Shown: positions 36,463 through 45,208 of the stretch, piece by piece
Layout: each line of letters begins with the position of its first letter
Position numbering within the stretch: the stretch's first letter is position 1
Sequence record: PQ416618.1
Reading direction: 5' to 3' (one strand)
DNA from: Escherichia phage vB_VIPECOMC06
Length of the DNA: 64,000 nucleotides
Notes under the pieces: model-generated
The model's database searches: none
Told to the model about the DNA's origin: nothing
The model's input: only the letters and a program-made list of their open reading frames with translations
Program-made: the position numbers and the translations under genes

Positions 36463-39174
36463 ATGAAAGAATTTTACTTAACGGTTGAACAGATTGGTGA
36501 TTCAATTTTTGAACGTTACATCGATTCTAATGGCCGTGAACGTACTCGTGAAGTAGAATATAAACCATCACTGTTTGCTCATTGTCCAGAAAGTCAGGCT
36601 ACGAAATATTTCGATATCTACGGTAAGCCGTGTACTCGTAAGTTGTTCGCCAATATGCGTGATGCCTCCCAATGGATTAAACGCATGGAAGATATCGGAC
36701 TTGAAGCACTTGGCATGGACGATTTCAAATTGGCGTATTTGTCTGACACTTATAACTATGAAATCAAATACGACCATACAAAAATTCGTGTGGCTAACTT
36801 CGACATCGAAGTAACATCTCCAGATGGGTTCCCTGAGCCGGCACAAGCAAAACATCCTATTGATGCTATCACCCATTATGACTCAATTGACGACAGGTTC
36901 TACGTATTTGATCTATTGAATTCTCCATATGGTAATGTAGAAGAATGGTCTATCGAAATTGCGGCTAAGCTTCAAGAACAAGGTGGTGATGAAGTTCCAT
37001 CTGAAATTATCGATAAAATCATTTATATGCCGTTCGATAACGAAAAAGAATTGTTGATGGAATATCTCAACTTCTGGCAACAGAAAACTCCTGTCATTTT
37101 GACTGGATGGAACGTTGAGTCATTTGATATTCCATATGTGTATAACCGAATCAAGAATATTTTTGGCGAATCTACTGCGAAACGTTTATCACCACATCGT
37201 AAAACTCGTGTTAAAGTTATCGAAAACATGTATGGTTCTCGTGAAATCATTACATTGTTCGGTATCTCTGTTCTTGATTACATTGACCTTTACAAAAAAT
37301 TCTCTTTTACCAATCAACCGTCATATTCCCTGGATTACATTTCAGAATTTGAATTGAACGTTGGTAAACTGAAATATGACGGCCCTATTTCTAAGCTTCG
37401 TGAAAGCAATCACCAACGATATATTTCTTATAACATTATCGACGTGTATCGTGTATTGCAAATTGATGCTAAGCGTCAGTTCATCAACTTGAGTTTGGAC
37501 ATGGGTTATTATGCTAAAATTCAGATTCAATCTGTGTTTAGCCCAATTAAAACATGGGATGCTATTATTTTTAATAGCCTTAAAGAGCAGAACAAGGTGA
37601 TTCCACAAGGTCGTTCTCATCCGGTTCAACCTTATCCTGGCGCTTTTGTTAAGGAACCTATTCCAAATCGATACAAATATGTAATGAGTTTCGACCTTAC
37701 ATCTCTGTATCCAAGTATTATTCGCCAAGTGAATATTAGCCCAGAAACAATAGCAGGAACGTTTAAAGTAGCTCCATTGCATGATTATATTAACGCTGTT
37801 GCTGAACGTCCTTCTGATGTGTACAGTTGTTCTCCTAACGGCATGATGTATTATAAAGACCGTGACGGTGTTGTTCCAACTGAAATCACTAAGGTCTTTA
37901 ATCAACGTAAAGAACATAAAGGTTACATGCTTGCAGCTCAACGTAATGGTGAAATAATTAAAGAGGCATTGCATAATCCTAATCTTTCTGTTGACGAACC
38001 ATTAGATGTTGATTATCGTTTCGACTTCAGTGATGAGATTAAAGAAAAGATTAAAAAGTTGTCTGCTAAATCTCTTAATGAAATGTTGTTTAGAGCTCAA
38101 CGTACTGAAGTTGCAGGTATGACTGCCCAAATTAACCGTAAATTGCTCATCAACTCGCTTTATGGTGCGCTTGGCAACGTTTGGTTCCGTTATTACGATT
38201 TGCGTAATGCTACTGCAATCACAACATTTGGTCAAATGGCTTTACAGTGGATTGAACGTAAAGTTAATGAATATCTGAATGAAGTTTGTGGCACAGAAGG
38301 TGAAGCTTTCGTTCTTTATGGTGATACAGACTCTATTTACGTATCTGCCGATAAAATTATCGATAAGGTTGGTGAATCTAAATTCCGTGATACCAACCAT
38401 TGGGTAGACTTCTTAGATAAGTTTGCACGTGAACGTATGGAACCAGCTATTGATAGAGGTTTCCGTGAAATGTGTGAATACATGAACAATAAACAACACT
38501 TAATGTTCATGGACCGAGAAGCTATCGCTGGGCCTCCACTCGGTTCTAAAGGTATTGGCGGATTCTGGACCGGTAAGAAACGTTATGCATTAAACGTGTG
38601 GGATATGGAAGGTACTCGTTACGCTGAGCCTAAACTCAAAATCATGGGTCTAGAGACTCAGAAATCTTCGACTCCTAAAGCAGTACAGAAAGCTCTTAAA
38701 GAATGTATTCGTCGTATGCTTCAAGAAGGTGAAGAATCATTACAAGAATATTTTAAAGAGTTTGAAAAAGAATTCCGTCAATTGAATTATATTAGCATCG
38801 CGTCGGTATCTTCTGCGAATAACATTGCTAAATATGATGTAGGTGGATTCCCTGGTCCCAAATGCCCGTTCCATATTCGTGGAATTCTGACGTATAACCG
38901 GGCTATCAAAGGTAATATCGATGCACCGCAAGTTGTAGAAGGTGAAAAAGTATATGTTCTGCCTTTACGTGAAGGAAACCCATTCGGTGATAAATGTATC
39001 GCATGGCCTTCCGGTACTGAAATCACAGATTTAATTAAAGACGACGTACTTCATTGGATGGACTACACTGTTCTCCTTGAGAAGACATTTATTAAACCAC
39101 TTGAAGGATTCACATCAGCAGCGAAACTCGAGTATGAGAAGAAAGCATCTCTGTTCGATATGTTCGATTTTTGA
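36463..39174 (+). CDS. 43: DNA polymerase (family B) gp43
   Basis: 903 aa; exo motifs FDIEV and YNIIDV, polymerase motifs DLTSLYPSII, KLLINSLYG, YGDTDS; length and N-terminus typical of the RB69-type enzyme. Confidence 0.97.
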   Translation: MKEFYLTVEQIGDSIFERYIDSNGRERTREVEYKPSLFAHCPESQATKYFDIYGKPCTRKLFANMRDASQWIKRMEDIGLEALGMDDFKLAYLSDTYNYEIKYDHTKIRVANFDIEVTSPDGFPEPAQAKHPIDAITHYDSIDDRFYVFDLLNSPYGNVEEWSIEIAAKLQEQGGDEVPSEIIDKIIYMPFDNEKELLMEYLNFWQQKTPVILTGWNVESFDIPYVYNRIKNIFGESTAKRLSPHRKTRVKVIENMYGSREIITLFGISVLDYIDLYKKFSFTNQPSYSLDYISEFELNVGKLKYDGPISKLRESNHQRYISYNIIDVYRVLQIDAKRQFINLSLDMGYYAKIQIQSVFSPIKTWDAIIFNSLKEQNKVIPQGRSHPVQPYPGAFVKEPIPNRYKYVMSFDLTSLYPSIIRQVNISPETIAGTFKVAPLHDYINAVAERPSDVYSCSPNGMMYYKDRDGVVPTEITKVFNQRKEHKGYMLAAQRNGEIIKEALHNPNLSVDEPLDVDYRFDFSDEIKEKIKKLSAKSLNEMLFRAQRTEVAGMTAQINRKLLINSLYGALGNVWFRYYDLRNATAITTFGQMALQWIERKVNEYLNEVCGTEGEAFVLYGDTDSIYVSADKIIDKVGESKFRDTNHWVDFLDKFARERMEPAIDRGFREMCEYMNNKQHLMFMDREAIAGPPLGSKGIGGFWTGKKRYALNVWDMEGTRYAEPKLKIMGLETQKSSTPKAVQKALKECIRRMLQEGEESLQEYFKEFEKEFRQLNYISIASVSSANNIAKYDVGGFPGPKCPFHIRGILTYNRAIKGNIDAPQVVEGEKVYVLPLREGNPFGDKCIAWPSGTEITDLIKDDVLHWMDYTVLLEKTFIKPLEGFTSAAKLEYEKKASLFDMFDF

Positions 39175-39214
39175 TATAATGTCATGGACGGTAAACTAAT
39201 TAAATGAGAGAAAT

Positions 39215-39850
39215 ATGAAAACTACTCCTATTACTATCGCTATTGACGCAATCATAAAACAAGCTTCTTCTTTGGCCGCTATGGCCAAAGTAATTAGTCA
39301 AAACCCTGCTCGTTATAATGCTATTCTAGAAACTCTTCGACGCCCAGGACTTAGTAATTATGAAAGCCGAGTAATTATTACAGGTGTTGGTAAGAATGCT
39401 AATATTGCAACTAAAGCTTCTGAGACATTTGCTTCACTCGGTATCCCGAGTATGTACTTGAACACAGGGCATTATTCTCATGGTGATGCAGGATTCATTG
39501 CGCCTAATGATGTGTTGATTCATATTAGTCGTTCTGGTAAAACTGAAGAAATGATAGGTGTGGCTAAGCATCTTAAAATGATTCGTCCGAACGTCAAACA
39601 GATTCTGTTGCATTGTAACCCTGACATTCCACAAGAATACGAAGCTCTTTTTGATTATACGTTCTGTACAGGCATCGCAGTAGAGGTTGATGAGAATTCT
39701 CTGGCTCCGACCATGTCCACTACATTGTTGTTAGCGCTTATCGATACGTTTGCTATCAACCTTTCGTCTGAACGTGGATTTACCTCTAATGACTTCCTTA
39801 AGTTCCACCCTGGCGGTGCACTAGGTGCCATGTTACGAGGCGAACAATGA
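39215..39850 (+). CDS. SIS-domain sugar-phosphate isomerase (KdsD/GutQ-like arabinose-5-phosphate isomerase, no CBS domains)
   Basis: SIS core VIITGVGKNANIATKASETFASLGIPSMYLNTGHYSHGDAGFIAPNDVLIHISRSGKTEEM parallels the KdsD N-terminal domain. Confidence 0.7.
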   Translation: MKTTPITIAIDAIIKQASSLAAMAKVISQNPARYNAILETLRRPGLSNYESRVIITGVGKNANIATKASETFASLGIPSMYLNTGHYSHGDAGFIAPNDVLIHISRSGKTEEMIGVAKHLKMIRPNVKQILLHCNPDIPQEYEALFDYTFCTGIAVEVDENSLAPTMSTTLLLALIDTFAINLSSERGFTSNDFLKFHPGGALGAMLRGEQ

Positions 39851-39990
39851 AAGCAATAACAATAGGACTTTTACTATTGATGCTTGTCATGACTATCTAC
39901 TGGAGCTTAACGGCTCCAGTATTGATTCCAACACTTGTAATCGGATGGATTATGATTGGACTACAAGCAAAGTATGAATGCTTTAACTAG
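39847..39990 (+). CDS. small hydrophobic peptide (47 aa)
   Basis: ATGA-coupled to the SIS gene; two hydrophobic segments; not in ORF track (<60 aa). Confidence 0.35.
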   Translation: MKAITIGLLLLMLVMTIYWSLTAPVLIPTLVIGWIMIGLQAKYECFN

Positions 39991-40003
39991 AATAGTGTAC
40001 AAT
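39979..40003 (+). promoter_or_regulatory. putative MotA-dependent middle promoter for the nucleotidyltransferase/kinase gene
   Basis: MotA-box TGCTTTA (39979-39985) with TACAAT 12 bp downstream. Confidence 0.4.
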
Positions 40004-40031
40004 ACACCTACTTACCAATGAGGACCACAAC

Positions 40032-41717
40032 ATGAAAAAAGCTGTTATTCTTGGTGCTGGATTGGCAACTCGTTTGTATCCAATAACGCATCATATTCCT
40101 AAGGTGCTTGTTAACTATAAACAAGACACTATTCTGAGCAATTTGTATACAATTTATTCTGACCTTGGCGCAGATGAAATTATTGTAGTAGTTCATTCAA
40201 AATTTGCTGAAACTGTTCGAGCTTATTGTGAGCAAGAAGGGTTCAATGTGACTATTCGTACAGTTGATGAAGCGTATGGTTCTGCTTATGCTCTTGCTAA
40301 ATTACACAAAGATTTAGACGGCCATAATGTAATTGTTAACTGGTGTGATATTATTCCTGATTTCGGTTCATGGTCTTGGAATGTTAACGCAATCTATGTT
40401 AAGGGTGACGAATGTCGATATAATTTCGACGGTGAAAATATCACTAACGTAGGTTCAACAGGTGGTAATGTTGTAGGAATTTATCAGTTCAAAGACTGGG
40501 AATTCTATATGGGTTCTACTGATGAGGAAATTCATGAATACTGCAAAGGACGTGATTTCGTAGAATTCCTTTACGGCAGCGCATTCAATAAATCAGAGCT
40601 TATGAATCTAATTGATTTAGGTGATATGCCTAAACTTGAAAAAGCTCATGAAGTTCGTGAACTTAATCGTAGTTTTAATGCAGTTGAAATTGGTGAAGAA
40701 ACTGTAACTAAATTCGCATTAACCGAACAGGGCCGAGCTCTTCAGAAAGATGAGATTTCATGGTATCTTAAAGTGAAATCAGATTCAGTTCCTCAGTTAG
40801 TTTCTGTTAATGAAAATAACTTTGAAATGGAACGCATTAAAGGTAAGCCGGCATTTGAATATATTAAATCCAAATCAAGTCTTGCTCGTCCACAAATTGT
40901 TGATGCAATTTTAGACGCACTGAAATTCAGCACAGACACTTATTTTGTAAGTCCTGAAACTGTTCGTCGTGATTTCACTAAAGAATTCTATACGAAAGTT
41001 ATTGATCGTTGTGAAAGTATTCAACCATTGATTGATTCATTTGGTAAAATCACACATGTAAACTACACTAAGATTGGGCGTCTGAAGCCAATGTTGAAAC
41101 AAGCTTTAGAACACCTTATTCGTTATCATAACCGTTCTCAGGGACAGTACTCTGTTATTCATGGTGACCCGAACTTCAGTAATACTATGATTACTGATAA
41201 CGGTGAAGTCAAGTTTATCGACCCTCGTGGATATTTTGGCGAAACCAAGATTTACGGGCCAAAATTGTATGATGAAGCTAAAGTGCTTTATGCTGTTTCA
41301 GGTTATGATGAATTCAACGCTAATCCGACCTGGGGGCAGTTTACTATTGATGAAACAACTTGTAATGTGACTATTAACATCAATCCATTAGTTTACAAAT
41401 ATGGAAAGATGAGTTCGTTTAACGAGTATCATCATTTGGCAGTGGCAATTATCTGGATTGCATTAGGTGGTTATTTCAAGAATAATCCACTTAAAGCGGT
41501 AGCCGCATATTATAAAGGTATGGAACTTCTGACTAAGCAATTACGTAACATGGGCCGTGTACTTCAGGACGGCTCTATTAGTTATGACGTAGCAGAACCT
41601 GTAACGGCTACTCTGATTACAAAAAATCCTGGTAAATGGGTACTAACTGATAAAGAAACTGGTGTTTCCTATCGTCCAATCGGTGGCGATATCACTCATC
41701 AATGGGAACGAATCTAA
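40032..41717 (+). CDS. bifunctional sugar-1-phosphate nucleotidyltransferase / anomeric sugar kinase (561 aa)
   Basis: N-terminal RmlA/MurU-type motif AVILGAGLATRLYP; C-terminal APH/choline-kinase-type catalytic loop VIHGDPNFSN and FIDPRGYFG. Confidence 0.7.
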   Translation: MKKAVILGAGLATRLYPITHHIPKVLVNYKQDTILSNLYTIYSDLGADEIIVVVHSKFAETVRAYCEQEGFNVTIRTVDEAYGSAYALAKLHKDLDGHNVIVNWCDIIPDFGSWSWNVNAIYVKGDECRYNFDGENITNVGSTGGNVVGIYQFKDWEFYMGSTDEEIHEYCKGRDFVEFLYGSAFNKSELMNLIDLGDMPKLEKAHEVRELNRSFNAVEIGEETVTKFALTEQGRALQKDEISWYLKVKSDSVPQLVSVNENNFEMERIKGKPAFEYIKSKSSLARPQIVDAILDALKFSTDTYFVSPETVRRDFTKEFYTKVIDRCESIQPLIDSFGKITHVNYTKIGRLKPMLKQALEHLIRYHNRSQGQYSVIHGDPNFSNTMITDNGEVKFIDPRGYFGETKIYGPKLYDEAKVLYAVSGYDEFNANPTWGQFTIDETTCNVTININPLVYKYGKMSSFNEYHHLAVAIIWIALGGYFKNNPLKAVAAYYKGMELLTKQLRNMGRVLQDGSISYDVAEPVTATLITKNPGKWVLTDKETGVSYRPIGGDITHQWERI

Positions 41718-42103
41718 TGCACCGTGTAAAAAACATGCTTAATCTTTGTTTTGATGTCGATGATTGTATAACAGAGTGGAATAACAATCGTGATTACGTG
41801 AACTTCAAACCAGACGTCGAAATGGTATCTGCCATTAATGCTCTGTATGATGCAGGGCATACCATAACGCTTTACACTGCTCGCGGTATGAAGTCAGTCG
41901 GTCCTGGTCGTATAGCAATCGACATTCTCCCAAGTCTGATTCAGAACTTGGCAAACATTGGCTTGAAGTACCATAATTTGCTAACACATAAACCAGTATA
42001 TGATTGGATTATCGACGACAAAGCTATGCGTCCTGACGAATTCAAAGCTCTTATGAATAAAGGCGAATTCGAAACATTTAAATCATATAAACCGAATCTA
42101 TAA
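41717..42103 (+). CDS. HAD-superfamily phosphatase (KdsC-like)
   Basis: HAD motif I FDVDDCITE, motif II TLYTARG, motif III K (THKPVYD), motif IV IIDDKA; start uncertain (41717 or 41735). Confidence 0.65.
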   Translation: MHRVKNMLNLCFDVDDCITEWNNNRDYVNFKPDVEMVSAINALYDAGHTITLYTARGMKSVGPGRIAIDILPSLIQNLANIGLKYHNLLTHKPVYDWIIDDKAMRPDEFKALMNKGEFETFKSYKPNL

Positions 42104-42157
42104 TAATTTAAGTAAGACCTGCAAAAACCATCGCAACAATTAACGCGAGATGCAAAA

Positions 42158-43318
42158 ATGAATACCTTTAAAATCGGAACGAATTTTGATTTAGCTCTTC
42201 TTGATAAAATCGTAGAGCTCAATAAAACTTATCCTAATAGCTTGATAAACGAAGTATACGGCTCTACAAGAGAAATGGCTTTTGTAGCAGCCAGACCTGA
42301 TTTTAGGCTTCCTGACGTTGACAAAAAGATGTTAGAAGATTACGTTAAACGTTGTAACGAATTAGGTATTTGCTTTAACTATACACTCAACACGATAAAT
42401 CCTGGTTCAAAAAGAGAACTAGTTGAGTGGAAGAAGAAAGCTATTCAGGATTATGTTCAGTATCTTTGGTCAATAGGCGTATGGCGTATTACTATCGCTA
42501 ACCCTGTTGTTATGGAAATTGTTCGTGAAGTCAATAAAGACATTGAGATTGAAGTTTCAACAATTCTACATGTCGATGCTGTAACTCAAATCAAATACTT
42601 GCATGACCAGTATAATATCAAAAAGGTCTGCTGTGGAATTCATAAGAACCGTTCAGTTTCTTTCCTGAAGCGTGCAGCAGAGTTTTGCAATAAGAACAAT
42701 ATAATATTTGAAGTTCTTGTAAATGAGTTCTGTTCTAATGCTGGTAAAGGGTATACAACACATTGTAGTTATCGTGACTCTTGCTATATTTTCCATAGCA
42801 CCGATGTTACAGTAGATGATGCCAAATCCTTAAATGGATATCCAATGCAACACTGCATTAAAGCTCGTGATACAGACCCATTTAACTGGTTGAGAACTCG
42901 TTTTGTTCGTCCTCAAGATTTGAAACTTTATAATGATATTGGTATCACTCAATTTAAAGTTTCTGGACGTACAGGTAGCACCGACTACATTTTGAAAGTT
43001 CTTGAAGCTTATGCTTCTGAAAAGTTTGAAGGTAATTTGTTAGAACTGTGGAAGCCTTTAGAGACTATTTTCACTCTTGAAAACGAAACTGAGTTTTCAC
43101 ATACGGTAAATATTGAAACCTCTTTGTTAGATGGCTTTTTAGAAAAAAGGTGGTTCAAACATCCAGATTTCGATTGTGCTAATGAAATCTGTGGGACGAC
43201 GTGTACATATTGTGAAAGATATTATAAACGTCAGTTATCTAAAAACGGGTTATCAGAAAATTCTATATCTATTATTGATATAACTAACTCTGATGACGCT
43301 TTGAGGTACCCAGAATGA
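42158..43318 (+). CDS. Cys-rich enzyme of unknown function (386 aa)
   Basis: Cys cluster EFCSNAGKGYTTHCSYRDSC and C-terminal CANEICGTTCTYC; weak resemblance to the TIM-barrel peptidase-U32 (RlhA/UbiU) pattern; part of the sugar-nucleotide cassette. Confidence 0.55.
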   Translation: MNTFKIGTNFDLALLDKIVELNKTYPNSLINEVYGSTREMAFVAARPDFRLPDVDKKMLEDYVKRCNELGICFNYTLNTINPGSKRELVEWKKKAIQDYVQYLWSIGVWRITIANPVVMEIVREVNKDIEIEVSTILHVDAVTQIKYLHDQYNIKKVCCGIHKNRSVSFLKRAAEFCNKNNIIFEVLVNEFCSNAGKGYTTHCSYRDSCYIFHSTDVTVDDAKSLNGYPMQHCIKARDTDPFNWLRTRFVRPQDLKLYNDIGITQFKVSGRTGSTDYILKVLEAYASEKFEGNLLELWKPLETIFTLENETEFSHTVNIETSLLDGFLEKRWFKHPDFDCANEICGTTCTYCERYYKRQLSKNGLSENSISIIDITNSDDALRYPE

Positions 43319-43458
43319 TTTCTAGAAAAACTTTTAACCACCAACTTAATGAAGAGATTTTGACTATTAAAATTAACAGCAACGAACAAATTCTTAAACA
43401 GGCCCATAAGGGCCTGTTTGAAACTAAAGCGGCTAAAGTGATTAAAGAACCTAACTAG
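43315..43458 (+). CDS. hypothetical small ORF (47 aa)
   Basis: ATGA-coupled to upstream gene; contains CAGGCCC-ATAA-GGGCCTG hairpin; may be noncoding. Confidence 0.2.
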   Translation: MISRKTFNHQLNEEILTIKINSNEQILKQAHKGLFETKAAKVIKEPN

Positions 43459-43591
43459 AATACTACGCTGATGCATTTCTTCATAGTGTTCTTGGAAGTA
43501 TCGATGCCGAAGCTTTACGTTATATCAACATCGCTAAGAAATTCAAATAAGCTTTATGAATTGAGTATATAATAACTGTATTGAGGTAAAC

Positions 43592-44308
43592 ATGGGAAAA
43601 CATAACACAATGAAATATATTAAAGCCGCAGATTTTCAATCCGCATTTAAAGCAGTCAATCGTGAAATTTTAGAAAACCCGGAATTCGTAACTGATTCTC
43701 GTATTGGACGTTGTAATGAAATTGGGTCTATGACAGTAGTTGTTGACACTCCATCTTCATTCAAAATGACCGATCCACGTATTAACCGCATCTCTTATGA
43801 ATATGCTGAAGATTTCTGGAAGTTTATGATTTCTGGTGGTACTGATGCAGAAGAAGCATTTAAGGCATATCCTAACGTTGCTAAATTTATTTCTAAACCT
43901 AAATCAGACGCTTTGCCTGCAAACTTCAACACTTTCTATGGTCCACGAATTGCGGCCCAGTTACCAGCTCTTTTAAAAGAACTTAAAGAGAAACCTAACT
44001 CCCGAAGAGTTGTGTTCCAAATTCTTGAAAGTTCAGATCAGGCTTTGCTTGATTCAGACGAAACACTTGAATATCCATGTACTGACTCAGTGACTTATTA
44101 TATTCGTGATGGTAAGCTTTATACCCACTGTCATATGCGTTCACAGAACTGTGCTGTTGTTATGCAGTTGGATTTTTATCTCCAAGGAAAATTACTTCAT
44201 TATATCGCTAAAGAATGTGGTGTAGAAGTTGGTGATTATACTCATACCATGGTAAGTGCCCATGTGTTTGAACGTGATTTTGATTATGTTAAAGGATTCC
44301 TTGACTAA
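43592..44308 (+). CDS. 42: thymidylate-synthase-fold pyrimidine hydroxymethylase (dCMP hydroxymethylase-like)
   Basis: TS-family pattern NSRR, catalytic Cys in YPCTDSVTYYIRDGK, MRSQN; position of gene 42 between 43 and uvsX; N-terminal half differs from T4 gp42 as recalled. Confidence 0.6.
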   Translation: MGKHNTMKYIKAADFQSAFKAVNREILENPEFVTDSRIGRCNEIGSMTVVVDTPSSFKMTDPRINRISYEYAEDFWKFMISGGTDAEEAFKAYPNVAKFISKPKSDALPANFNTFYGPRIAAQLPALLKELKEKPNSRRVVFQILESSDQALLDSDETLEYPCTDSVTYYIRDGKLYTHCHMRSQNCAVVMQLDFYLQGKLLHYIAKECGVEVGDYTHTMVSAHVFERDFDYVKGFLD

Positions 44309-45207
44309 TGGCTATTTTCCGCGTACCTATCTTGAGTATGCGGTCTTATGAAACTGGACAGTATGCTATCCTTAAGGATGGCAACTTCCAACTTCATTTG
44401 CACCGTGCTAATCCAGGTGATGTGATTACATATCCACGTAATGCATCTGATATTAAAGAATGCGAACGTCTTTTCCCAGAATTTAAGTTTGTTCCATTAT
44501 GGTATAAAGATAACGCGTATAACACTCGTAAATATTTCTGGTCTGAAAATGAATTTGTGGTTGATTCATTAATTGATTATTATGATTGTGATTTTCTAAT
44601 CACAGATATCACTGGATATGACGGCGCTTTTGATGTGGAATTCAATTTCAATATCACTGCAGACCCTAATAAACCACGTTTTTATATTGACGAATTCTTA
44701 AAAACCGACATGTTGTCTGTTAATCGTTCACTTCAAACTACTGTGTTGAATGAACGTCAAAAAGAAGTGCTGGTTAACGCAGGTGCAGATGGTAATAAGA
44801 TTATCGTAACCCAGAAAGTTATACGTCCTTCCATCATGCAGCGTCTTGTAGGTGATTTGGCTCCTATTCATCTAGATGGTATTTTTCATCCATTTCGAAT
44901 TAGTGACCCATGCTATCGTTTTGAACAAGTGGTTGAATGCGCAATTCAATTAGGCCAACCGCTTTATATAACCGATCCAAATAATAGCTTCGACAGAAAT
45001 AAGTATCCTGAAGAAGCGCTGATTCGAATTTTTAATCCAACTAAAACTGAGTACTATCAAATTCTTAAAGGACGTCCGAAGATTCAATATTTCGAAAATC
45101 CTGAAGAAGTATTCCATCCAGGTCTTGGTGAGTTCATCTACTTTAATGCTTTAATTTCTTCGCCGTATAATATACCTAAATATGAAGATGTCGTAATCGA
45201 GGAATAA
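44308..45207 (+). CDS. hypothetical protein in the beta-gt slot (299 aa); candidate DNA sugar transferase
   Basis: TAATG-coupled to gene 42; occupies the locus where T4 has beta-glucosyltransferase; no motif recognised. Confidence 0.5.
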   Translation: MAIFRVPILSMRSYETGQYAILKDGNFQLHLHRANPGDVITYPRNASDIKECERLFPEFKFVPLWYKDNAYNTRKYFWSENEFVVDSLIDYYDCDFLITDITGYDGAFDVEFNFNITADPNKPRFYIDEFLKTDMLSVNRSLQTTVLNERQKEVLVNAGADGNKIIVTQKVIRPSIMQRLVGDLAPIHLDGIFHPFRISDPCYRFEQVVECAIQLGQPLYITDPNNSFDRNKYPEEALIRIFNPTKTEYYQILKGRPKIQYFENPEEVFHPGLGEFIYFNALISSPYNIPKYEDVVIEE

Positions 45208-45208
45208 A

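Noticed and set aside
37342-37974. 210-aa minus-strand ORF
   Set aside because: Entirely antisense within DNA polymerase gene 43.
39993-40023. GTGTAC-containing segment as a sigma-70-type early promoter for the NTase/kinase gene
   Set aside because: No acceptable -10 at 17-18 bp spacing; a MotA-box plus TACAAT arrangement fits better and is reported as a putative middle promoter.
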